This document shows positions 23,701 through 33,979 of a DNA stretch of 64,000 nucleotides, piece by piece. Source of the stretch: Macrostomum lignano (lineage: Eukaryota); contig NIVC01001545.1 in the NCBI GenBank assembly GCA_002269645.1, forward strand, positions 62,001 through 126,000, in the 5' to 3' direction. The notes beneath the pieces were generated by a model. The model was given only the letters and a program-made list of their open reading frames with translations, was not told where the DNA came from and did no database searches. Each line of letters opens with the position of its first letter. The stretch's first letter is position 1. The position numbers and the translations under genes are program-made.

Positions 23701-26700
23701 GAGGGGAGAGAGAGTAGATGGTAGAGGGGAGAGAGGTTAGATGGTAGAGGGGAGAGAGGGTAGATGGTAGAGGGGAGAGAGGGTAGATGGTAGAGGGGAG
23801 AGAGGGTAGATGATAGAGGGGAGAGAGGGTAGATGGTAGAGGGGAGAGAGAGTAGATGGTAGAGGGGAGAGAGGTTAGATGGTAGAGGGGAGAGAGGGTA
23901 GATGGTAGAGGGGAGAGAGGGTAGATGGTAGAGGGGAGAGAGGGTAGATGGTAGAGGGGAGAGAGGGTAGATGGTAGAGGGGAGAGAGGGTAGATGGTAG
24001 AGGGGAGAGAGGGTAGATGGTAGAGGGGAGAGAGGGTAGATGGTAGAGGGGAGAGAGGTGCAATAGTACAGGGGAGAGGGCGAATTGTAGAAGGAAAAAA
24101 GTTAAGTGTTGGATGGTAAAGAGGGTGAATGGTAGCAATAAAAGCTGGTAAATGGTAGAAGGGAGTGACTTGAACTGGTTAATGGGTAGGTAAATGATAA
24201 ATTGAAGAGCGGGTAAATGGTGGAACCGGGTGGGTAAATGGTAGAGACGAAGCGGTTAAATGGTAGAGGGTGAATAAGAGTGGTGCTACATTTTTCAGTA
24301 TCGGCGCTATGATTTCTTTAATGGCGCATGCATTGCCTTAGTCTAATAGTGGTCGGTCATCAATTCCGATATGTTGTGTAAATAACTTGCAACATTGCTT
24401 TATTTCTCATTCCCAGGTAAAAGTAATCTCTCAGCTTCTTCGCAAAGCCAAAGAGCAGGATCTGTTGCTGCCTACTCAGAAAGTTGAGCAGGGCGATGAG
24501 TACACGGGTGCCACAGTGATCGAACCTGTGAAAGGCTACTACACCACACCGATTGCTACTCTGGACTTCTCTTCTCTGTACCCGTCAATCATGATGGCCC
24601 ACAACCTGTGCTACACCACCCTGCTGGACCAGGCCTCCATAGCCAAGTACAGCCTGCAGCCAGACGAGTACATTAAAACACCATGCGGATCCTACTTTGC
24701 TAAGAAAAATGTTAGGAAAGGCCTGCTACCAGAGATTCTTGAGCAGTTGCTCAACGCTAGGAAGCGAGCTAAGGACGATTTGAAGAATGAAACTGACGAG
24801 TTTAAGAAGCGGGTAATTTATTGCTGCTGCTGCTGGGTTCTAGTCTAAAAGTTTTCCCTGAGAATATTCCTTAATTCTCCCTGAGATTAGACCTTAAATC
24901 TGCCTGAGAATAGACCTTTGATCTCTCTAAGAAAATACCTTAAATCTCTAAGAAAATACCTTAGATCTCCCTAAGAATAGACCTTAGATCTGCTTGAGAA
25001 GAGAGCTTGGATATCCCTGGGAATAATAGACCTTAGATCTCTCTAAGATAATACCTATATCGCCATGCGAATCAAATTAAAGCGACTAGACCTCAAATCC
25101 CAGTGAGACTAGACTTCAAATGAGATTAGACCACAAATGAGACTAGATCTCAAATGAGACTAGACCTCAAATCCCAGTGAGACTACCTCAAATCCCAGTG
25201 AGACTAGACCTCAAATCCCAGTGAGACTGGACCTCAAATCCCAGTGAGACTAGATCTCAAATCCCAGTGAGACTAGACCTCAAATCCCAGTGAAACTAGA
25301 TCTCAAATCCCAGTGAGACTAGATCTCAAATCCCAGTGAGACTAGACCTCAAATCCCCAATCCCAGGTGCTGGACGGTCGCCAGCTGGCCCTGAAGATCA
25401 GCGCCAATTCCGTATACGGTTTCACCGGAGCCCAAGTGGGCAAGCTGCCCTGCCTGGACATCTCTTCAAGTGTCACCGCATTCGGCCGGACCATGATTAT
25501 GGAAACTAAGCGATACGTTGAAGAGCGCTATACCGTTGCCAATGGCTACGCTCACGACGCCAAGGTGATCTACGGCGATACGGACTCGGTGATGTGCCGG
25601 TTCAATGCGGCCACGGTGGCTGATGCCATGAAGCTGGGCAGGGAGGCTGCGGATTACATTAGCAGCAAATTTCCACCCCCGATTAAGCTGGAGTTCGAGA
25701 AGGTGTACTGTCCCTATCTGCTTATCAACAAAAAGCGGTGAGTCGGGTTGGCTTTGAGCTGGCCTGAGAAATCGCCCTTCAATATCACCTGAGAATCGCC
25801 CTTACCTTATTGAACTTTCTTTAAAATCGACCTAGATTTCACCTAAAAATCGACCTAGATCTCACCTAAAAATCGACCTAGATCTCACCTGAAAATCGAC
25901 TTAAATGTCACCTAAGAATTGGCCTAAATCTCACCTTAGAATCGCCCCTAAATCTCACCTGAGATTTGCCCCAAAATCTCACCTGAGAATCGCCCCAACT
26001 TTCACCTGAGAATCGCTACCAAATCTCACCTGAGAATCGCTACCAAATCTCACCTGAGAATCGCTACCAAATCTCACCTGAGAATCGCTAACAAATCTCA
26101 CCTGAGAATCGCTACCAAATCTCACCTGAGAATCGTTACCAAATCTCACCTGAGAATCGTTATGAAATCTCACCTGGGACTCGTCCCTAAATCTCACCTG
26201 AGAATTGTTCCTAAATCTCACCTAGGAATCGCTACCTAATGTCACCTTAGAATCGTTATCAAATCTCACCTGGGACTCGCCCCCAAATCTCACCTGAGAA
26301 TCGTACCCAAATTTCACCTGAGAATTGCTACCAAATCTCACCTGAGAATCGCTACCAAATCTCACCTGAGAATCGCTACCAAATCTCACCTGAGAATTGC
26401 TACCAAATCTCACCTGAGAATCGCTAACAAATCTCACCTGTGAATCGCTACCAAATCTCACCTGAGAATCGCTACCAAATCTCACCTGAGAATCGTTACC
26501 AAATCTCACCTGAGAATCGCTAACAAATCTCACCTGTGAATCGCTACCAAATCTCACCTGAGAATCGCTACCAAATCTCACCTGAGAATCGTTACCAAAT
26601 CTCACCTGAGAATCGCTAACAAATCTCACCTGTGAATCGCTACCAAATCTCACCTGAGAATCGTTACCAAATCTCACCTGAGAATCGTTACCAAATCTCA

Positions 26701-29626
26701 CCTGAGAATCGTTATCAAATCTCACAATCGTTCCCAAATCCCAAATCTCATCTGAGAATGGCCCTCAAATATCACTTGTAAATCGCTCCCTGAATCTCAC
26801 CTGAGAATCGCCCCTGAATCTCACCTGAGAATCGCCCCTGAATCTCACCTGAGAATCGCCCCTGAATCTCACCTGAGAATCGCCCCTGAATCTCACCTGA
26901 GAATCGCCCCTGAATCTCACCTGAGAATCGCCCCTGAATCTCACCTGAGAATCGCCCCTGAATCTCACCTGAGAATCGCCCCTGAATCTCACCTGAGAAT
27001 CGCCCCTGAATCTCACCTGAGAATCGCCCCTGAATCTCACCTGAGAATCGCCCCTGAATCTCACCTGAGAATCGCTACCAAATCTCACTGAGAATCGCCC
27101 CTGAATCTCACCTGAGAATCGCCCCGTAAATCCGCACAATTCTGCAGCTACGCAGGCCTGTACTTCACCAAGCCGGACAAGCACGACAAGATGGACTGCA
27201 AAGGCATTGAAACGGTTCGCCGGGACAACAGTCCACTGGTTGCCAATCTGGTCAACGCCTGTCTGCACAAGATCCTCATCGATCGGGATCCCGATGGCGC
27301 AGTGCAGCACGCCAAGAGCGTCATTAGCGACCTGCTGTGCAACCGGGTTGACATCTCCCAGCTGGTGAGTTGGGGGAATCGGTCAAAATATAGCCGTGTA
27401 CTCAATTGGGAATTATTAGGAAATCAATATACTGTGTACCAGTATAAATTAATTTTAAGTCAATCTATTTTGGAGTAAAATGTGTAACTTTCTACTATAA
27501 GTAGGTTAAAAGCGCACGCCACCAATTTATTTTATTCATAAATTCCCGGCCAGGTAATCAGCAAAGAGCTCACAAAAACTGATGACGAATACGCTGGCAA
27601 GCAGGCTCACGTGGAGCTGGCCAACAAGATCAGGAAGCGCGACCCCGGCTCCGCCCCTCAGCTTGGCGACCGGGTGCCCTACGTGATTGTGTCTGCCGCC
27701 AAGGGCACCCCGGCCTATCAGAAGGCCGAAGATCCCATCTACGTCCTGGAGAACAATGTACCAATTGATACGAATTATTACCTGGAGAACCAATTGGCTA
27801 ATCCACTACTGCGTATATTTGAGCCTATTCTAGGCGACGGTAAAGCTCGCTCAATGCTGCTAAGCGGTGAGCACACTCGGGTGAAAGCTGTGGTCCACTC
27901 CAAAGTTGGTGGTTTGGCCGCTTTTGCTACTAGGAGAGCCGCCTGCCTCGGCTGCAAGGCGGTGCTGCCGCAGGACGCCGCCAATGGGGCCGTGTGCAAG
28001 CACTGCGAGCCCAACGAGTCGGCGCTCTACCAGCGGGAGGTGCGTTGAGTTTTTCGATACACATCGGTAGAATGCTCCATTTGATACATGTCGGTAGAAT
28101 TCTTCATTCGATACATCTCAGTAGAATTCTTCATTCGATACATGTCGGTAGAATTCTTCATTTGATACATGTCGGTAGAATTCTTCATTCGATACACGCG
28201 GTAAAAATCATTCATGCAGTACATATCGGTAGAATGCTTTATTCGATACATATCGGTAGAGTGCTTCATTAGCTGCATGTAGCTAGGGTAGAAAGTTTTT
28301 TTTCGATACATATCGGTAGAGTGCTTCATTAGCTGCATGTAGCTAGGGTAGAAAGTTTTTTTCGATACATATCGGTAGAGTGCTTCATTAGCTGCATGTA
28401 GCTAGGGTAGAAAGTTTTTTTCGATACATATCGGTAGAGTGCTTCATTAGCTGCATGTAGCTAGGGTAGAAAGTTTTTTTCGATACATATCGGTAGAGTG
28501 CTTCATTAGCTGCATGTAGCTAGGGTAGAAAGTTTTTTTCGATACATATCGGTAGAGTGCTTCATTAGCTGCATGTAGCTAGGGTAGAAAGTTTTTTTTC
28601 GATACATATCGGTAGAGTGCTTCATTAGCTGCATGTAGCTAGGGTAGAAAGTTTTTTTTCGATACATATCGGTAGAGTGCTTCATTAGCTGCATGTAGCT
28701 AGGGTAGAAAGTTTTTTTCGATACATATCGGTAGAGTGCTTCATTAGCTGCATGTAGCTAGGGTAGAAAGTTTTTTTCGATACATATCGGTAGAGTGCTT
28801 CATTAGCTGCATGTAGCTAGGGTAGAAAGTTTTTTTCGATACATATCGGTAGAGTGCTTCATTAGCTGCATGTAGCTAGGGTAGAAAGTTTTTTTTCGAT
28901 ACATATCGGTAGAGTGCTTCATTAGCTGCATGTAGCTAGGGTAGAAAGTTTTTTTTCGATACATATCGGTAGAGTGCTTCATTAGCTGCATGTAGCTAGG
29001 GTAGAAAGTTTTTTTCGATACATATCGGTAGAGTGCTTCATTAGCTGCATGTAGCTAGGGTAGAAAGTTTTTTTCGATACATATCGGTAGAGTGCTTCAT
29101 TAGCTGCATGTAGCTAGGGTAGAAAGTTTTTTTCGATACATATCGGTAGAGTGCTTCATTAGCTGCATGTAGCTAGGGTAGAAAGTTTTTTTTCGATACA
29201 TATCGGTAGAGTGCTTCATTAGCTGCATGTAGCTAGGGTAGAAAGTTTTTTTCGATACATATCGGTAGAGTGCTTCATTAGCTGCATGTAGCTAGGGTAG
29301 AAAGTTTTTTTCGATACATATCGGTAGAGTGCTTCATTAGCTGCATGTAGCTAGGGTAGAAAGTTTTTTTCGATACATATCGGTAGAGATTCTGTATCTA
29401 TCTAATGTTCTTCAATCAATCAATGCAGGTCGGCGTTCTTCGCGTCCTCGAAGAGAAATTCAACCGTCTGTGGACTGAGTGCCAGCGCTGTCAGGGCTCC
29501 CTGCACGAGGACGTCTTGTGCACCAGCCGGGACTGCCCAATCTTCTATATGCGCAAACGGCTGCAGAAAGACCTGGCTGATCAGGACGCTCTGGTTGGAC
29601 GGTTCGGGGAGCCGTACGATTGGTGA
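8736..29626 (+). CDS. POLD1: DNA polymerase delta catalytic subunit; exons 8736-8852, 9297-9977, 10359-10679, 11686-12240, 24417-24812, 25367-25737, 27148-27364, 27554-28039, 29429-29626 (~1113 aa)
   Basis: Family-B motifs are intact: SFDIECAGR (ExoI), TGYNIQNFD (ExoII), YCLKDA (ExoIII), [40 protein letters not shown], plus CysA and CysB ([23 protein letters not shown]). All junctions are GT-AG and in phase. Confidence 0.98.
8960..9110. repeat. Short 23-bp tandem repeat (cttgatcccgtgtcttctagtcc), POLD1 intron 1
   Basis: About five visible copies. Confidence 0.8.
9985..10335. repeat. Degenerate TG/AT-rich repeat filling POLD1 intron 2
   Basis: Recurrent catgtgt/ttttcgtgtgtt motifs. Confidence 0.65.
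10735..11575. repeat. 48-bp minisatellite (tctgatccctataattaatccccatctcttcccaggtgtaatccgatc), ~17 copies, POLD1 intron 3
   Basis: Direct; gives a 16-aa periodicity in the antisense ORFs. Confidence 0.95.
12274..13397 (-). repeat. 3' LTR of Gypsy element 1
   Basis: Matches 21883-23006; one substitution found by eye (12763 A vs 22372 G). Confidence 0.95.
14058..20766 (-). CDS. Gypsy pol (aspartic protease, RT, RNase H, long spacer, integrase, long C-terminal tail), entered by -1 frameshift; several 1-nt breaks between 19139 and 20353
   Basis: FLLDSG protease; [33 protein letters not shown]; DTDAS/ELLAIV/SDHRAL RNase H; [12 protein letters not shown] zinc finger; [19 protein letters not shown] integrase. 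Confidence 0.93.
20619..21790 (-). CDS. Gypsy gag with CCHC zinc knuckle (1-nt break near 21125)
   Basis: Capsid-like [20 protein letters not shown]...[14 protein letters not shown]; [14 protein letters not shown] knuckle. The start codon is inferred. Confidence 0.85.
21883..23006 (-). repeat. 5' LTR of Gypsy element 1
   Basis: Starts TGTAGTG on the minus strand, ends TACTTCA, and is followed by C-TGGTG (PBS-like). Confidence 0.95.
23011..24060. repeat. 23-bp purine-rich minisatellite (ggtagaggggagagagggtagat), POLD1 intron 4
   Basis: Direct; begins immediately after the TSD. Confidence 0.95.
25090..25360. repeat. 23-bp minisatellite (aatcccagtgagactagacctca), POLD1 intron 5
   Basis: Direct. 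Confidence 0.9.
25830..27125. repeat. 24-bp minisatellite (aaatctcacctgagaatcgctacc, later ...cgcccctg variant), POLD1 intron 6
   Basis: Direct; two sub-arrays with different variants. Confidence 0.95.
28050..29390. repeat. ~60-bp minisatellite (tcgatacatatcggtagagtgcttcattagctgcatgtagctagggtagaaagt(n)), POLD1 intron 8
   Basis: Direct; copies differ mainly in T-run length. Confidence 0.95.
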
Positions 29627-30194
29627 CTACTGGCTCTGGGTGCCTATTTTTTGGATTTAAAAATATGCGAAAACACGTAAAGCTCTACTTATGACTGATT
29701 TACTAGTAGCATGTGTAGAATGCTAAACTATTTTTTCAATTATAATAAAAATAAATACTCAAAATGTTTTCTACTCTACTTGCAAGTAATTTTCTAGTAG
29801 CGTGTTTCGGATGTTGGGATCTTTAAAAATGGTGTGTTTTCAACAAGCATTTAAATTGTAATTTCAGCTCTATTTTGTAATATTTTGAGTAATGTTTATT
29901 AAAGTGGCTCGATGACCAATGCGTATTTTGCTATGAAATTTTATTCCAGTTCCTTTGAAAACTGAACGCGCTATTTCAATTTGTTCTATTCTTTCAATTT
30001 CGCTATTTTGTTGCATTTTGTAATTTCAATTTTAAGCATTCAACTATAATTATAAAGTATTGTTTTATGACTTATTGTGCGTTTACATTCTTTAAAGCTG
30101 TATTTGTTAGTCAAACGAATAATCGGAAATACACTTAGTTTATGGTTAGCTAATCGGGTTTTGTTTGATTTTTAACGATTCCTGTGCGTATCAA

Positions 30195-30720
30195 TGACCC
30201 AACCTACCCTTGACCCAACCTACCCTTGACCCAACCTACCCTTGACCCAAACTACCCTTGACCCAAACTACCCTTGACCCAAACTACCCTTGACCCAAAC
30301 TACCCTTGACCAAACTTACCCATGACCCAACTTATCCATGACCCAACCTACCCATGACCAAACCTACTCAGGACCCAACCTACCCTTGACCCAACCTACC
30401 CTTGACCCAACCTACCCATGACCCAATCTACCCATGACCAAACCTACCCTTGACCCAACCTACCCTTGACCCAACCTACCCTTGACCCAATCTACCCATG
30501 ACCAAACCTACTCAGGACCCAACCTACCCTTGACCCAACCTACCTTTGACCCAACCTACCCTTGACCCAAACTACCCTTGACCCAACCTACCCATGACCC
30601 AATCTACCCATGGCCAAACCTACTCAGGACCCAACCTACCATTGACCCAACCTACCCTTGACCCAACCTACCCATGACCTACCCTGTAAATGACCCAGGC
30701 TACCCATGACCAAACCTATA
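30195..30720. repeat. 16-bp minisatellite (tgacccaacctaccct)
   Basis: Direct. Confidence 0.9.
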
Positions 30721-30823
30721 ATGACCAAAATGCAAATGATGAACCAAAGCATGATCCAGGGTTTAGAGCCTCGCTATTTACTATAGCAATTATCTAACAG
30801 TGCAAATCCAATGACTGCTGCAG

Positions 30824-31201
30824 GCTGCACACAATTGGCAATGGAAGTCGTGCCAGAGGCACTGCTTCAATGACGGTTTCTGCTCCGAGTGTCTGCTGGT
30901 CCGCCTGTCTGCCAGCGACAACACCAGCGTGGCCCGCTGCACCCAGTGCCACTGCTACAGCCCGTTCAAGGGCGACAGGTGCGAGATTCGGACTGGCGAG
31001 TCCTACGAATCTGGCGTGGTGTCCACTTCGAAGGCTATGGCTGTCATTCTGCCGCTGATGGCCCTGCTGGTCCTGATTGCGGTCGGGCTGGTGCTCTACC
31101 ACAGGCACCGACATCTGAGGGGCCGCTCTAGGGAGCACCGCATCATCTACAATGAGGAGCGGGTGGATATGGACTCCGCCAGTGTGGCCAACGAGGCCTG
31201 A
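30824..31201 (+). CDS. Terminal exon of a single-pass membrane protein with one EGF-like domain
   Basis: After the acceptor ctgcag: AAHNWQWKSCQRHCFNDGFCSECLL..RCTQCHCYSPFKGDRCEI, then a hydrophobic TM segment (MAVILPLMALLVLIAVGLVLY), a basic stop-transfer HRHRH and a short tail. The upstream signal-peptide exon is unresolved (candidate 30067-30105). Confidence 0.75.
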   Translation, partial: AAHNWQWKSCQRHCFNDGFCSECLLVRLSASDNTSVARCTQCHCYSPFKGDRCEIRTGESYESGVVSTSKAMAVILPLMALLVLIAVGLVLYHRHRHLRGRSREHRIIYNEERVDMDSASVANEA

Positions 31202-31269
31202 ACTTGTGGGCTTGGGTTGCTCTGAGTTGCTAGGGAGTTCATTAGGCTAGTTTAAAGCTTGGGTATGTT

Positions 31270-32275
31270 TTAGGCTTGTTTGGGGCGGTTGTTTAGGGTA
31301 GCTTAGGGCGGTTATTTAGGGTAGTTTAGGGCGGTTATTTAGGGTAGTTTAGGGCGGTTGTTTAGGGTAGTTTAAGGCGGTGATTTAGGGTAGTTTAGGG
31401 TGTTAGTGTAGTTTAGGGCGGTCATTTAGGGTTGTTTAGGGCGGTCATTTAGGGTTGTTTAGGGCGGTTATTTAGGCTTGTTTGGGGTGGTTATATAGGG
31501 TAGTTTAGGGCGGCTATTTAGGGTAGTTTAGCGTGGTTTTTTAATGGTAGTTTATGGCGCTTATTTATGGTTGTTTATTGCGCTTATTTAGGGTTGTTTA
31601 TGGCGGTTATTTAGAGCTGTTTAGGGCGGTTATTTAGGGTAGTTTAGGGCGGTTATTTAGGGTAGCTTAGGGCGGTTATTTAGGGTAGCTTAGGGCGGTT
31701 ATTTAGGGTAGCTTAGGGCGGTTATTTAGGGTAGCTTAGGGCGGTTATTTAGGGTAGTTTAGGGCGGTTATTTAGGGTAGCTTAGGGCGGTTTTTTAGGG
31801 TAGTTTAGGGCGGTTATTTAGGGTAGTTTAGGGCGGTTATTTAGGGTAGCTTAGGGCGGTTATTTAGGGTAGTTTAGGGCGGTTATTTAGGGTAGTTTAG
31901 GGCGGTTATTTAGGGTAGTTTAGGGCGGTTATTTAGGGTAGCTTAGGGCGGTTATTTAGGGTAGTTTAGGGCGGTTATTTAGGGTAGCTTAGGGCGGTTA
32001 TTTAGGGTAGTTTAGGGCGGTTATTTAGGGTAGTTTAGGGCGGTTATTTAGGGTAGTTTAGGGCGGTTATTTAGGGTAGTTTAGGGCGGTTATTTAGGGT
32101 TGTTTATGGCGGTTATTTAGGGTAGTTTAGGGCGGTTATTTAGGGTAGTTTAGGGCGGTTTTTTAAGGTAGTTTAGGACGGTTATTTAGGGTAGTTTAGG
32201 ACGGTTATTTAGGGTAGTTTAGGGCGGTTATTTAGGGTAGCTTAGGGCGGTTATTTAGGGTAGTTTAGGGCGGGC
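31270..32275. repeat. 23-bp minisatellite with embedded TTAGGG (ttatttagggtagtttagggcgg)
   Basis: Direct. Confidence 0.95.
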
Positions 32276-33159
32276 TGTTATAAGCTTCTTATTTTACAAT
32301 CAAATATCCAATTTCAAGCTACATTGTTAACAGATGAGTCAGTTCTCTCACATTCTGTATTGAGGCGTGTCAGCCTATTTTTTTACTTTCTACTACTCGT
32401 AATTCCTTATTGATCTGTGCATAAGGAGCACCTGTTTTGCAATCAAAGCAATGTGTTGTTATAACTTGTACCGCTGTGATCTCATCGCCTCATACTACTT
32501 AGTTGTAAGTAGCAGATTTTGCTGGTTTGCTTTGGAGAATTTTTTATCAAATTTCCGACAGTCTGTTAGTTTTGTCATTGCACTACTAACAGTAGGAGTA
32601 GACCCCAAGCTTTTGTTGTCTTTTAACACAGCGCTATTTTTTACGAGATTAAACATGCCTTGATTTTGTCTGCTTTTAATCTTGTTCCCACTGTTTCATA
32701 GCATTGCTAGATAGCGTAGGGTTCCCGCTTTGGCCTATGCTGACCCTACATTTGAAAATGTTATACTGTTATAAAAAACTTTGTCTCTACTGTCAGCAAT
32801 AAAATTAGCGTTTTTTGTCTATTTCCTGTGTGCGTGTCTGAATTGAAAGTGAAGCTTGATTGACTGATTTTGATTGTCAAATATTTTTATTTTTTGAAAC
32901 TAATGTTTAATCTTAATTGACATTGTGTCTGCCGCTTGTGTTCACGTGGTTTTGTCCGCTTTCGCTTTTATTAATTCGACTGATTTTGCTTATAAAATTG
33001 AATATTGCATCTCTCATCACGAGTTGTTTGTATTATTAATTAATTATATCTTTGCTGTCCCACTGAGGACATTGTGATCCTGATGATGTACATGTATGCT
33101 TTGTAATGATTCACTTCCTCTGCTAACCTCAGTTTTTGCTGAGTCAGCCTTCGATAGTA

Positions 33160-33800
33160 ATCTCTGATTCTCATGTCTCATGTCTGATTCTCATGACTGA
33201 TACTCATGTTTTATGTCTGATTCTCATGAATGATTCTCATCTGATTCTCATGTCTCATGTCTGATTCTCATGACTGATTCTCATCTGATTCTCATGTCTC
33301 ATGTCTGATTCTCATGACTGATTCTCATCTGATTCTCATGTCTCATGACTGATTCTCATCTGATTCTCATGTCTCATGTCTGATTCTCATGAATGATTCT
33401 CATGACTGATACTCTTGTTTTATGTCTGATTCTCATGAATGATTCTCATCTGATTCTCATGTCTCATGTCTGATTCTCATGACTGATAATCAGGTTTATG
33501 TCTGATTCTCATGAATGATTCTCATCTGATTCTCATGTCTGATTCTCATGACTAATTCTCATGGTCTCATGTCTGATTCTCATGACTAATTCTCATGGTC
33601 TCATGTCTGATTCTCATGACTAATTCTCATGGTCTCATGTCTGATTCTCATGACTAATTCTCATGGTCTCATGTCTGATTCTCATGACTAATTCTCATGG
33701 TCTCATGTCTGATTCTCATGACTAATTCTCATGGTCTCATGTCTGATTCTCATGACTAATTCTCATGGTCTCATGTCTGATTCTCATGACTAATTCTCTT
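33160..33800. repeat. Minisatellite built from ttctcatg sub-units (ctcatgtctgattctcatgactaattctcatggt)
   Basis: Direct. Confidence 0.9.
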
Positions 33801-33979
33801 ATCTGATTCTCATCATGCCTCTCTATCTGAATCTTCTGTGATCCCTTCTCCTAATTCTCCTGAGATATCCCGGCGTCTCCTGTTGCTGGGCACGGGATTA
33901 ACATTTCTAAGAATCCACTCGCCCACCCGCCACCGCAGAGACCAGCTCAGCAGCCAGTCTCCAAGCTGCTCCATCAAAA

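Noticed and set aside
25979-27310. DSQVRFG-repeat ORFs on minus
   Set aside because: Antisense translation of the POLD1 intron-6 minisatellite.
28050-29390. Palindromic regularly spaced repeats as a CRISPR array
   Set aside because: No unique spacers, no cas genes, and located in a eukaryotic intron.
31270-32275. True telomere
   Set aside because: The hexamers are embedded in a 23-bp unit and flanked by genes on both sides.
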